NCBI GenBank assembly: GCA_013239625.1
Contig: MU053652.1
Coordinates: forward strand, 7,245,902 to 7,309,901
Source: Lama guanicoe
Taxonomy: Eukaryota
Length of the DNA stretch: 64,000 bases
Direction of reading: 5' to 3'
Of this stretch, positions 25,141 to 37,879 are shown one piece after another (positions within the stretch are counted from its first letter, which is position 1; the number at the start of each line of letters is the position of its first letter). The notes under the pieces were generated by a model, which was not told where the DNA came from, searched no databases, and worked only from the letters and a program-made list of their open reading frames with translations. The translations under genes and the position numbers were made by a program.

Positions 25141-28100
25141 ATGTATTTGTCCCATCTTGAGCTGAGGCATGATTTGAAGTGAGGAACCAAAGCTGGTATG
25201 TCAGTATAGCAGCCAGTTAGGACTGCCTGCACACCAGGTACTATTGCTAAGTAAGCACTTAACATGTATTTCAGTTTCAGAAGAACCCATTTTTCTGATA
25301 AGAAAGGCTTTTCCCTAATCGGGAACCCCAAGTTTCAAGGGAATTTTATTTCTGGAGCAACACTGGACAGTAGTTCATTGTGCCCAGATTTGAGCCTTGT
25401 CCCCTTTGTTGTCTGTGTGAATCTTCTTGTCAGATACAAAATTACTTAAATGTAAGAACATAGTTTGTGTACAGCCTCTTCCTCAGTTTCTAGACTCTGC
25501 AGCAGCCCTTGTTTTAGACACTCCTGGATTGTCTCTCGTAGCCCCGGCACTGTTCTGTGTAGGAAAGAGAGGGCCCGTCTTAGAAAATTGAAGACAGTCC
25601 ATTCTTTAGATAATGAAAAATCGTGCGCTCTTTCAGTGGCCACCCTCACTGTCCCCAATTCTTTTTAGACTTCTTTATGACTCTCTTACGACTTCTGCCT
25701 GGTTATATTGCACATTGGACGTTGTTTCTAAATGAGTAGAGAAAGTGGTGTTGATGGGCTGAAAGAAGCGGAACACATCCGTGACTACCTGGGAGAGCAG
25801 TCTCCACACCATGCTGGCCGCCCGGTTTTCATATCAGCACAGTTGGTGTTGCCGAGCTGCTTGCACACACAGGAATGGGCCAGTCTTCCCCCCGCCCGCC
25901 TCCCAGCTGCCTGCCGTTCTGATTCCAAAGTCAGAGCATGTGTGTGTCACTAATTGTGACTCTCGGTCCAGCCAATTCTCTTCTGCACTCTGGAAGCTTT
26001 CATTGGTGTCGGGAAAAACCCTACATTCTTCTGATTATTTTCAGTGTTCTGAATTTTGACCATGCTTTCCATCAAGTTTTGTCTTTATCCAGAAATTTTT
26101 TTTAATAAAAGTAATATGTACTTGTAAGAATTTGAAACAGCATAAAGTATGTAAGGTTGAACTAATGCCTACTTTAACTGGCGCCCCAGAGGAAAGCACT
26201 TTTAACAGTTTTCTGTGTAATTTTCCAGACTGTTTCCCTAAGAACATGTAAGTATGTGTACAGATACATTTTTAAAATAGCATTATACTATGAATATATT
26301 TCTGCAACTTGCTTCTGTCACTTTGTAGAGTAGATTTTGTTTTTTACATCAGTACAATTAGAGGGAGAAACTTGTTTGTAATTGCTTAGCTTAAGAAACT
26401 TCAGTGGGGAATTCTCTGGTTATTTCACTTTCTATGTTTTTGTGGTGGTTGGGGGTCTATTTAAGTGCTTTATTTCTTATCATGCCAATTTTGGAATTTT
26501 ATATTTTTATAGAACATATTCATGTTGTCTGTTTCATTGAATAGTTATTCACAGCAGTATTATTATTTAGTCTGTGTTTTGTCTGGTATTATTTTCCCTT
26601 TAAATAAATCTGGAGCCCCTGGGACCTGGTTTTACTGTGTTTCCTGGAGGTTTTTCACGTGATCAGATTTTTTAAAGCCTGTCCAGACTTCCTGATACAG
26701 GTTAGGCCTCCGCCATGACATGGCTGTCCTGTAATACTTGTTTATGCATTAAAGAACTCATTGTGAAAAGAATTACGTTGATGTAAGAAAGGAAGCCGCC
26801 TCCTGTAATGCTTTTCATTTGGAAATTCAAGCTCTGTAAAAGCTACAATGAGTCACACTAATGTTCTAGAACACCGTTTGGGGAGAAATTTAGAAGTCTT
26901 CCTGTGCTGGTCCCTCTGATTATCTGGATAGTAGCAAAAAACCCCACTCACCCCAGGAAAAGGGGGGGCCTAGTCACCTCATAAAATCCTGGCAGAGCGA
27001 TCTTTCTTCTCTTCCTTCTTGTACTGGGAAATAGTATTGGAACTCACGAAGCAAGAACTCACCATGCGCTCAGGTATGTGAGATTTTATCTTTTGGCAGT
27101 CAGGAAACGAATCAGTAGCACTATGTATTCTTTTTCCCCTGCAGTATTATGATTTAAGCTGCTAGGAAATTTGAGATCACTTAAGGTTTCAAAGTGATGA
27201 TCATCTTACGTGAAGATGAATGTCCCTTCCATTCAGAACTGCATCTGACGGGTAGAGAAGTGTCGGGCATCAATTACAACGATAAGGATAATGCATCAAT
27301 GTATACGGGAGTTCTCCCTCAGATGTGCCAAGTGGTGAAACATGGATAGTTCAGAGACTCCTCTGCTACTTTTAGACCATAGAATCATCCTGATGAATGT
27401 CTGTTTTTTTCCCCTTGAAATCTAGGCCGCAGAGTCACATTGATATTCATGTGTGCACATGCGTGTGTGTGTGTGTCTGTGCACTCTCACCTTTATTCTC
27501 TGTTTTGAGTTCACTTTGCAGGGTAATACATTGGAATTTCTCGTCAGCCTCATCCACAAATGCCAAAACAAGACATTTTCAGCTTGTGTACAGTTTCTTT
27601 TACTTCATCTATTCCTAATACTTTGAAGATGTGGAGCATGTGTTTATTGAGAGCCTTATCCATTAATAAAATATTCCACCAAAAATTGTCACAGTTTCTA
27701 AACAAGTACCTTTTTCATCTACAACCCTGAAGCTCTGGTATATACCATTTTTTTTCCCCCTGTGTTTTCAGAATGATTTTTCCCTTCTGTGAAATATGAA
27801 CTCCCAGATAAAAGCTGGTTTGTCTTTACATACAACTTCCTCAGCAGATTTTTGTCCTCCATTAGAAGCAAGGTCCTTCTAGAATTTCTCTTGCCAAGTT
27901 TAGTTGCCTCTTAAATGACTTTCTGTCCCAAGCTACCATAACAGTTAATAGGAAAGATAACACATTTTAAAATCACAATTGTGGAATCAGATGAAAACAT
28001 AGCTTGCAGTGGGTCATCATGTGTTTTTATTGGGTTGGATATGAAATCCTGTGTACTATGGCCAATTAGATGAGGTTCTAGAGTGATAAACTTGCCCTTG

Positions 28101-29039
28101 AATTTGGGGATCATTGACAAACATTTCTGCACAATGATCAGAGCTTAAATGGAAGCCAAGGTAAAGAATATGGAGTACAAATTGGGCATTTAAGAGTCAG
28201 CTCATGTATTTATATTCATTTAGTATTCATACAATATCTGTCCAGAAAGGATTTGATGTGGTTTACAATAAAATACAGATATGGAACACAACCTTTAGAA
28301 ACAGGGAAGAGAGATAAGAGCTAAATAAAGAGGAGAGTGTTAAAACAATTCAAAATTTCTAACCTAGTGGGCACTACAGATTTTGAGCAAAACTTATACA
28401 TGAAGATGCGATAGGTTACATTGCTCTTATTACATGACAGAAGTTATTAGATACAGACTGTTTATTAACCTCAATTTTAAGAGTAATAAGGCAAAATTTT
28501 ATATTAAGCACATGAAACAGCAGAATGATTTTTGTTGTTAATGGTAGTTATTTAAAAATGCAGAAACTTGATCCAAAATGATGGGCAGTAAGCTCTGAAA
28601 ATGGCAGGTCTACCTTTTGGCTTTTATCTGAGCATTTTTTACTTTTGGCTCTATTATTAGTGATTAAAGTGTTTCAAATATCTCTGCATATTCAAGGATT
28701 ATTAGAAGCATTAATGAATTACCAAAGGAGAAAATTTTTTAAATAAACTCTCTTCTGATACAAATATCACTGAGAAAATTAGCTCTTTTTACCTTTTTCT
28801 TTTCTAGTTGCAAGTAATGAAATAAAAGAGATGTCTTGTATTCTGTGTTTCATATCAAGAAGAATGTGGGTTTTAATGAATTCCAGTCGTTTGGAAGATA
28901 ACGTGCTCCAGTATTTCACCTTCAGTGTTCCAGGGAAGGTGCTGCTTTAGTCGTAAGTAAAAGAAGCTTCACACCAGTGCCCAATTGGGAATTTGCTGGG
29001 AGAGTATTTAACCAAGCAGATTTACTAAACACTAACTGC

Positions 29040-29800
29040 CCGAACATTAGGTCTAGTCATCTTGATTCCTCTCTTCCATTAACAACCCACATCCAATCCA
29101 TTTGAAAATAATCATGGATCATTCTTTAAAATACATCCAGAATTCGACTACTTCTTGCCACTTCCTCTGCTACCACATTGGTCATGTCACCATGTTTTCC
29201 CTTGTCTACAGCCGTATCTCCCCAGCTGGCTTCTGCAGTTTCCCTACACGGAATTACCTCCATACAGCAGCAGACTGGTTGATTTAAAACATAAGGCTGA
29301 TACCATCATTTTCCAGTGTTTTCTAATGTCTCACAGAGTGAGCTTACCATGGCCTTCACCACCCAGAGCAACCCACTTCCTTACTACCTCTCTGGCATCT
29401 TTTACTTTTCTCCTCTCACTCCTCTCCAAACACTAGTCCCCTTGTGTGTTTTCTGGTTTCCAGGCAAACTCTTTCATGGGCTTTGTAAGTTAATGTTACT
29501 TTAGTCCAGATATTGTTGAGCTGTTCAGTTCCCATGGTTCACTCCCTCACATCCTCTGTAACACAGAAACCTTATAGGAAGTCCTTCCCTGATCATACAA
29601 AGACCACTACCCCATCAGGCTCCACCCCCAACTCCTGACTTACTTTACTCCGTTGCACTTCCAATCTGACGTATTTTTTACCGGTTCTTGCTCTGTTTCC
29701 CTTTCCCAACAAAACATGAGCTCCTTAGAAACAGGGCGTTTGATTTGTTCACTGCTGTTTACCCAGTTGCTGGTATATTATACTTGCTTAGTAATATTCC
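29040..29800 (+). mobile_element. L2 LINE remnant
   Basis: gtcatcttgattcctctctt...aaaatacatccagaattcgactacttc...catgagctccttagaaacaggg...tgttcactgctg. Confidence 0.7.
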
Positions 29801-29859
29801 TAGAACCAATAAAATATTCAAGACTCAAAATCAGAATACTAGAATTTATTAACACCTAA

Positions 29860-30040
29860 AGTGATACTAGCACTTAAAAGTGACTTCTGGTACCCAGAAA
29901 TTTGCATTTAAAGATCAAACCTAGGTAACTTTGATGCAGATTGAACAAAGATTCTGTGAGTCTGAGCCTCAGTAATTGGCGTGTTTAGCAATCTCCCCAG
30001 GGGATTCTATTCAGGTAGAAGATTCAGAACCATTATTTTA
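29860..30040. mobile_element. MER5-like DNA transposon remnant(s)
   Basis: cccagaaatttgcatttaaag...ggtaactttgatgca; gtttagcaatctccccaggggattct. Confidence 0.4.
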
Positions 30041-30219
30041 GAAATGATTGAGAGTAGGGTCTGTATCTGCTTGCTTCATTTATTTTACCCGCTTGGGCCT
30101 GAAAGCATTTGAGTTGAAGCACCTTGAACCAGAATCTGAACCAGTCACTGCTTCTTAGCCTCGGCCTCATATAATCACGTGACAGGAAGCTTTAGCAGCC
30201 TCGGATCCTTGGACTCCTG

Positions 30220-30420
30220 CTAGGACTGCATGGATTCAACCCCTGTCTGCATCCCAAACTAGTTGTTTGACCTTAGGCAAGTTGGTTAGACTTGAAAACT
30301 GGGAATAGTAATAGTGCCCACCTCAGGAAACTGGACAGTAGGGGAGAGTGGGTTAAATGAAATTTTATATGCAAAACACTTAGAGTCCAGCACACAGGAA
30401 ATCCTCATAAAAGACTAGAT
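30220..30420 (+). mobile_element. MIR SINE
   Basis: gactgcatggattcaaccc...tgaccttaggcaagtt...aatagtgcccacctca...gcaaaacacttagag. Confidence 0.7.
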
Positions 30421-33400
30421 CTGATTATTAAGCCTTGATGACAAAACTAATATTTATTGACATTCTCTTAAAGAAAAAAAAAAGATTGGGGATTTATTTA
30501 TCCTTCTACTTTGGATTCCTTAATGTCCAGGCAAGCTCTGCTGCTGTGGTGCCCAAGGGAAACAGTGACACACTGGGTCATTTCAGGCCCAATCTAGTGA
30601 AGCTATTATAAAACTGGGAGTGGGAGGGAATGAATATCATTGGACCCACTGACTGAAGAATCCTCTCCTAAGATGGTTATCTTGGGTAGTTTTGTCACTT
30701 CAAATCCCATTTTTCCCTAACATTTCATTTTTATTGTGAAAAATACAGAGAAGCAAAGAAACTCAAGATAAACAGTAATAATTATGTGCCTGTAGGGCTG
30801 ATTTTTTTTTAAAATAGGGGATTAGCTTTACTAAGTGACAAGAGGAGGAATCTGAACATTGCACACTGTGCAATCATTGAGAAAGATGAAAATATTTTTT
30901 TCTGACAAAAAAACTGAAAAAATGGTGGAAAAGGAAGGAAAAGTGTAGGTTTTATGGAGAATTTTTTTTGCAATGTAGTCAGTTTGTAGAAGTTTTCAGT
31001 TTCTGCATTTGAGTCACTTAAAACTAAAATACAACTAAATCGATGAATTTCCCAATGCTTTTATCATTCAAATGTGGTTATATTTAATAAGTCATTCACT
31101 AGCCATTCGTTGTTTTTCAGTCATCAAGAAAGTTCTTTCTTAGTGTTGGATAGAATCTGATTTTGGAATGGGCTTATATGACTCCACGTACCTGTCTCTT
31201 CTTGTAATAGAGATTTAAACAAAAAATAATGATGTAATACACCACTAGTGTTGTGTCCTTATGGTTTTAGTTATATCTAAATGCAAATCAAAATGCATTT
31301 TTTCTACCGATATATATGGTGAGATATTTTAAATGCTTATTTTAAGGTTCCACAGACTGTAACTGACACCTATTTGAAAGCACTGGATTTTCAATATTGA
31401 ATGTGCAAAATTACTTTCTACTCTAAGATCCCCAAAAGAGCATGTGATACATATCATAATTTATCTGCCTCAGAAAATAAGATTTGGTTCTTACAGAGAG
31501 GACACACATTAGGTACTTAAAATTTACTAAAACCTGTCGTCCGTGTATCCCTCAGTCTTTATGACACAGTGCTTGCTTAGTGGAAGGTGGTAATAAAACC
31601 AGTCTTTCAGAACCAGACCACTCCTGCAGCATCATGGCAGAGGAGGTTAAAACACATGGCAAATTCAGTAACTTCCTTCATAAGGGAAGCCAACACTGCA
31701 AACATTCATAACATGATTTCCCCAAGTCCACTCTCAATAGATTGATGTTCTTTTAGAGAGTTAGAATCCACTTCATACTTCCCTTAATCATTGACTCTTT
31801 ACCAGAAATTTCTCTCTGCCAAAAGAACACCTAGTGAGAGGTTGACCCTCTCTTGGAAGAGCTTCGGTTCTTTAGTTCCAGGCCTTAGGCCTTCATAAAG
31901 TGCAAGTAAGTCTGGGGAGACGGTACTGCTTTATGTTGTTATGAATATTTTAAATAAGCATAAAATCTTCTGTGGCATTTTGTTGCGAACAGAGGACTCC
32001 ACAGGGTTCCCAAGTACAGGAGTAAGAGGCCCACATCGCGTACCCCCAGGGATCGCCCCTCGCACAGACTGTGGTGCGGTGGCACCAGCTTCTAAAGAGG
32101 CAGAACTAAGGATAAGTTCTTACCCTGCCTCTCACCTACATGGGAGTCAGCAAACTTAATATCCAGTCCCAGTCTTTGCAATAATTCTCTTAATCCTGAG
32201 TCAGGCACTTAACTTCTCTGGACTCTCATCCATAAAGACCAGTTGTTTCCAAGTTTTCATCACTGATGAGTTGAAATTTCACCTACTACATGAGAATTTG
32301 TTTCGTATTTTTATTTATTAAAAGCAACAGTAAATAAGCAGTTTTGGTCTGATTAATATAACAAGAGCTGCCTAAGTTCATTTAATTCTAAGCAAAAGCA
32401 AGAAGTTGGTGCAGATTTCTCATGAGTAATTGTACAACTTCTTTAAGCTTTTTGAAATGTTGAAAATGGTTTAAGAACCCCAGTTTCTACCCATTGCTCC
32501 TTTAAAGTCCTCTAATAGATCAGAAGTCCAGATTGTAAACCAGTGAAGCAGGATGATTTTTAAAATCCCCCAGCCCCCAGTTCTAACATTTCGTTGATTT
32601 AATGAATCATGGTTCCAGCTTTGCCGGAGACACTTATGTTGTATTCAGCTACTGCTGATTTCCCCTAAAATAGGGCTTCACTCTATCCAGTAATAAAAGT
32701 CTTATACTGCCTAACCAAAAGGCTTAATTTAATGAGCGTTTTCCGTGGAAACAGGGAAGAAAACAATAGAGAACTGCATTACAGGCTGCCTTTCAGAGAT
32801 GATTTAAGAACAAACAAACCCTCAAGTAGCTAAGGGAAAAGTAACTAGAACCCCAAAATATTATCACCAGTCCAGAATCATCACCAACCTTTATTCTTTT
32901 CACAATTTAATTTCTGTTGGGTTTCTTTCCCTATCCAAAATGAGAATTCATCTAAAAGAGCTTTCTTGGAGAACTTTAGATTGTCTGTGTTCATTTCAAT
33001 GTTTTAAGAAAAAGGAAAAGTAATTGCTTAGATTCTTCATCTGAATGGAGGTTTGAGGGGTTTTTTTGGTTTTTTTGTTTTACTGTTAATTTCAGTCTGT
33101 AATAAGTTGAACACTAGTGTACTCTGGCAAACCAAAACGGAATCATTAATACTCTTTACATTTCTGGCAGTTCATTTAGGGAGTAGGTGATACTTTAAGT
33201 GGTAACTTACAGACTTACAGAAATAATAATGTACACTCAGATAACACTTTACAATTTATAATGCACTTGCGTAGAGCACAGCTTGGTAGTATTGATTTGC
33301 CCTAGATTCTCTTCTGTCCCTCCTCCAACCTTGGAGTAATAATTGATTTGATCTTCTATCTTTGTAGAGAGAACTCACAAATACTTTCCCATGTATATGG

Positions 33401-34081
33401 TGTAAATTAAATAGGTAAAGAGATAAGTTATATTACAATGTTTAGTTAAAGTCTACCTCTCTCCATGTTTTCCTCCTTTATGAACTATGAAAAATTGAGA
33501 ATGACCATAATGCCCACAAATTACTGGTTTAGGAAAAATGGAAGCAACCATAATGTCCCAGAATACTGGTTAGGTAGAATATAAATTATCCCCTGAAAAT
33601 TGTAATGTAATGCAGCCTTCAAATATCATGTTTTAGAATAATATTTAAGAATGTTCTTACATTTACTGTTTTGTGTAAAAACAAAGGAGTGTATTAACAA
33701 CCTGACCCCCCTATCATCTGTTCAACAAGCACATTTCGTGAGCCTTTACTTTGTTCAGAGCACTGTGATGAGAACTGAGAATACAGCTCTCAACAAGGCA
33801 ATCCCTTCCCTCAAAATCACACACATGACAGAAATTACAGGCAGAACCACCAGAATGCAAACAGTTGGGGATTTTTTTGAACCTGCCTATTCTTTTCAGA
33901 ATCCTATGAAGATTGTGTATCGACTCATATTCAGACTAAAGCATAAACACATTTTTATAACAGTACTCACTTTATTCTTAGATGAGAAGAAAATCTAGCA
34001 GAAAAAAAAGTCTCATTACATCATAGCAGTTATGAAGGTCTTCACAACATACTGCAACTCTCTAGAATAAGGAAAAAAAGT

Positions 34082-34160
34082 AATAAAAAGCACATGATTT
34101 TCTGGTGTTTTAATTTTACAAATAAAAAGCACACGATTTTCTGGTGTTTTAATTTTACAA
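34082..34160. repeat. 39-bp tandem duplication
   Basis: aataaaaagcaca(t/c)gattttctggtgttttaattttaca x2, one mismatch. Confidence 0.95.
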
Positions 34161-34407
34161 CTAAGAGAGGCTTTCTTTTAAAAATTCAATCAAATATCTC
34201 TGGGGAGAATTGATACAAAAATGGAACAACCCTGCTGTATTATTAATGCTTTAGCTATTCAAAATTTGTAAAATCACTTAATTTAACATCTTTTCAGTGA
34301 AGTAGAATACCATGTGTGGTCTGCCACTTTTTAATTATGCTGAAAGTCCCATTTAAAGATCTCATTAGTTTATCAATTTATAATTATCGTTAGTAATGAA
34401 ACTTTTT

Positions 34408-37400
34408 AAAACATTTTTTATTGAGTAATAGTCATTCCAATAGTCATTGACAATAATGACAATACTCATTGACAATGCTGTGTCAAATTCCAGCATAGAG
34501 CATAATTTTTCAGTCACACGTGAATATACATATATTCACTGTCAGATTTGTTTTTTTCACTATGAGCTACCACAAGATCCTGTATATATTTCCCTGTGCT
34601 ATACAGTATAGTCTTGATTATCTATTCTACATTTTAAAATCCCAGTCTGTCCCTTCCCACCCTCTGCCCTCTTGGCAACCACAAGTTTGTATTCTATGTC
34701 TACGAGTCTGTTTCTGTTTTGTATTTTTTTTAATTTATTTTTTTTTTAGATTCACATATGAGCAATCTCATATGGTATTTTTCTTTCTCTTTCTGGCTTA
34801 CTTCACTTAGAATGACTTTCTCCAGGAACATCCATGTTGCTGCAAATGGCGTTATGTTGTTGGTTTTTGTGGTTGAATAGTATTCCATTGTATACATATA
34901 CCACATCTTCTTTATCTAGTCATCTGTTGACAGACATTTAGGCTGTTTCCATGTCTTGGCTATTGTAAATTGAGTAATAGTCATTCTAATAGTCATTGAC
35001 AATAATGACAATAATTGACAATAATGTCAATACTCATTGACAATGCTGTGTCAAATTCCAGCATAGAGCATAATTTTTCAGTCACACGTGAATATACATA
35101 TATTCACTGTCAGATTTGTTTTTTTCACTATGAGCTACCACAAGATCCTGTATATATTTCCCTGTGCTATACAGTATAGTCTTGATTATCTATTCTACAT
35201 TTTAAAATCCCAGTCTGTCCCTTCCCACCCTCTGCCCTCTTGGCAACCACAAGTTTGTATTCTATGTCTACGAGTCAGTTTCTGTTTTGTATTTTTTTAA
35301 TTTATTTTTTTTTAGATTCACATATGAGCGATCTCATATGGTATTTTTCTTTCTCTTTCTGGCTTACTTCACTTAGAATGACTTTCTCCAGGAACATCCA
35401 TGTTGCTGCAAATGGCGTTACATTGTCATTTTTGTGGCTGAATAGTATTCCATTGTATAAATATACCACATCTTCTTTATCTAGTCATCTGTTGACGGAC
35501 ATTTAGGCTGTTTCCATGTCTTGGCTATTGTAAATAGTACTGCTATGAACATTAGGGTGCAGGTGTCATCCTGAAGTAGGGTTCTTCTGGATATATGCCC
35601 AGGAGCAGGATTCCTGGGTCATATGGTAAGTCTATTCCTGGTCTTTAGAGGAATCTCCATACTGTTTTCCACAGTGGCTTTCCTTGCTTCCCCCTCCCAT
35701 TCTTGAAGATTTAGATGTCTTCTTTTACAATTTTGTGTTGATTCTTTTTGTAATTCATGGTAGTTATCACCTTTCCAGTTATGAGTTTCTCATTTTTGTA
35801 GCGTCTTGCTTCTTTTCTACTTAGAGTAGACCTGTCAATATTTCTTTTAGCATGGATTTAGTGTTGCTAAACTCTTGTAGTTTTTGCTTGTCTGTGAAGT
35901 TCTTTATCTCTCCTTCTATCCTAAAGGATAGCCTTGCTGGATAGAGTATCCTAGGCTGCATCTTTTTTTCATTCAGGACTGAATATATCTTGCCACTCCC
36001 TTCTGGCCTGTAGTGTTTGTGTAGAGAAATCAGCTGAGAGCCTTATGAGAGGTTCCCTTGTAACTCACTCTTTGTTTTTCTCTTGCTGCCTTTAGGATCA
36101 TTTCTTTATCCTTGACTCTGGCCATCTTGATTATGATATGTCTTGGTGTGGATCTGTTTGAGTTCTTCCTGTTTGGGACCCTCTGAGCTTCCTGTACTTG
36201 GATATCTGATTCCTTTTTTAGGTTTGGGAAGTTTTCAGTCATGATTTCTTCAAATACCTTTTCAATCCCCTTTGTTCTTTCTTCCCCTTCTGGAATCCCT
36301 ATTATGCGTAGGTTGGCACACTTTATATTATCCCGTAGGTCCCTTATATTGTTTTCATTGTTTTGTATTTGTTTTTCTCTCAGCTGTTCTGATTAGATAC
36401 TTTCTGTTGTCCTGTCTTCTAGGTCACTTATTCGTTCCTCTGCATTATCTAGCCTGCTTTGTACAGCCTTTAGGTCAGCTCTCATCCCAGCAAATGAGTT
36501 TACTAATTCTAGTTGGTTCTTCTTTATAGCTTCTATTTCATTTTTGACATATTTTATATCTCTAAACACTATTTCTTTTAGTTCCTCAGTCCTTTGATCA
36601 GTCCTTTTTTGAAATCTTCATCTAGTAGGCCTTCAATGTCTATTTCCTTGATCATAGTTTCAGGGAATTTCTCTTGATCTTTTAATTGGGAGTGGTTCCT
36701 CTGCTTCTTCATATTGCTCATATCTCTCTGGCGCTGTGGCCGGTGGACGAGCGGGTCGCTCCCTGTCCCGATGCTGCAGTCAGATGCTGCACTTGGGCGA
36801 GGCAGGTGGGTGGATCGCGCCCCCTCCAAGCACTGTGGTCAGTTGTTCCTGCCAGGAAGGCAGGTGGCTGCCCACCCTCTCCTGGTGCCGGTCGCTCCGC
36901 TGCTTTGTGCAGCTGCCCGCTCTGCCTCGGGATGGCACTCTGTAGATGGGCTCGGGGAAGACCATGGGACAGCCCTGCCCCTGCTCTGTGCCAGATCTCA
37001 GCTCCTTGTTTGTCTTGGCAGCGAGAGTTCTCTGAGGTGCCAGGGCAGAAAGATCCTATCTGCCTCAGGCTGTAAACTAGTCTCAGTCCTGCCTAGGAGT
37101 TTGTGGAGCCCTGCGGTGCAGATTCAGGGCTTGGCCCCGCCCCTGCCCGGGTGCTGCGCACAGGAGGAGATGGCGGCTGTGGCTAAGCCCCTCCTCTCTT
37201 CTCACGAGAACACCAGTAATGGCGCCCTGGGTCTGGGGAGACAAAGGCTATGGCGCAGCGCCCTGGGGGAGACAAAGGCTATGGCGCCCCTCCCCTCAGG
37301 GCACATCAGCCGTGTTGCTTTGCTTTTTTTGCAATTTATGGGGGACCAAGGTGGTTCTGCTCCATATCCCCTCCCAGCCGTGGCACACAGCACCCTGCAG

Positions 37401-37879
37401 TCCCCCAGGGCTGCCTCCATGCAGCCGCCCCGACCCTCCACCCGGCTTGGGTGGCCTGTCCCAGCCCCAGCTGCCAGCTCACGTCTTGGGCTGGATGTTG
37501 CGGGGACCCTTGGTGCCCGTTTAACTTAGTTCTGTCAGTCAAGGGGTTCTCGGGGCAGATCTGAGCCTTGGACGCTCCCCCTCCATCCCGCTGGCCTCTC
37601 TGTTGGAGAGGGGAGACCCAGTGAACGAGCACCAGTCCTCCTTTGCCACTCCCTCCCCGCGGGATTGCCCGGTGCTGTTTTGCTTTTTCTTCTTTCTTTT
37701 TTCCTTTTTTCCTACCAGAGTTTTGGCATCTTTGTCTTTCGAAGAGGGCGATGTTCTGTCGGAGTTTGGCAGGTGCTCTGGTTGGCTGAGTAGGTCCGTA
37801 GATGTGAGTCTTGGTGTATTTGTGGGAGAGGGTGAGCTGCAGGTGTCCTTCTACTCCACCATCTTGCTTATCTCCCCAT
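34408..37879 (-). mobile_element. L1 with complete 5'UTR and ORF1, most of ORF2 deleted, duplicated 3' end, 14-bp TSD
   Basis: 5' start ggggagataagcaagatggtggagtag; CpG-rich 5'UTR 36730-37877; ORF1 peptides (MTENFPNLKKESDIQVQEAQRVP...PRHIIIK); ORF2 C-terminal PLWKTVWRFL; TSD taatgaaacttttt at 34394-34407 and 37880-37893. Confidence 0.93.
35821..36721 (-). pseudogene. L1 ORF1 (disrupted by frameshifts)
   Basis: MSNMKKQRNHSQLKDQEK... to ...MLKEILTGLL*; 901 nt, broken near 36580 and 36050. Confidence 0.85.

Noticed and set aside
36714..37529. 271-aa ORF on the + strand and overlapping ORFs
   Set aside because: They lie antisense in the GC-rich L1 5'UTR, where stop codons are scarce; non-ATG start and no recognisable domain.
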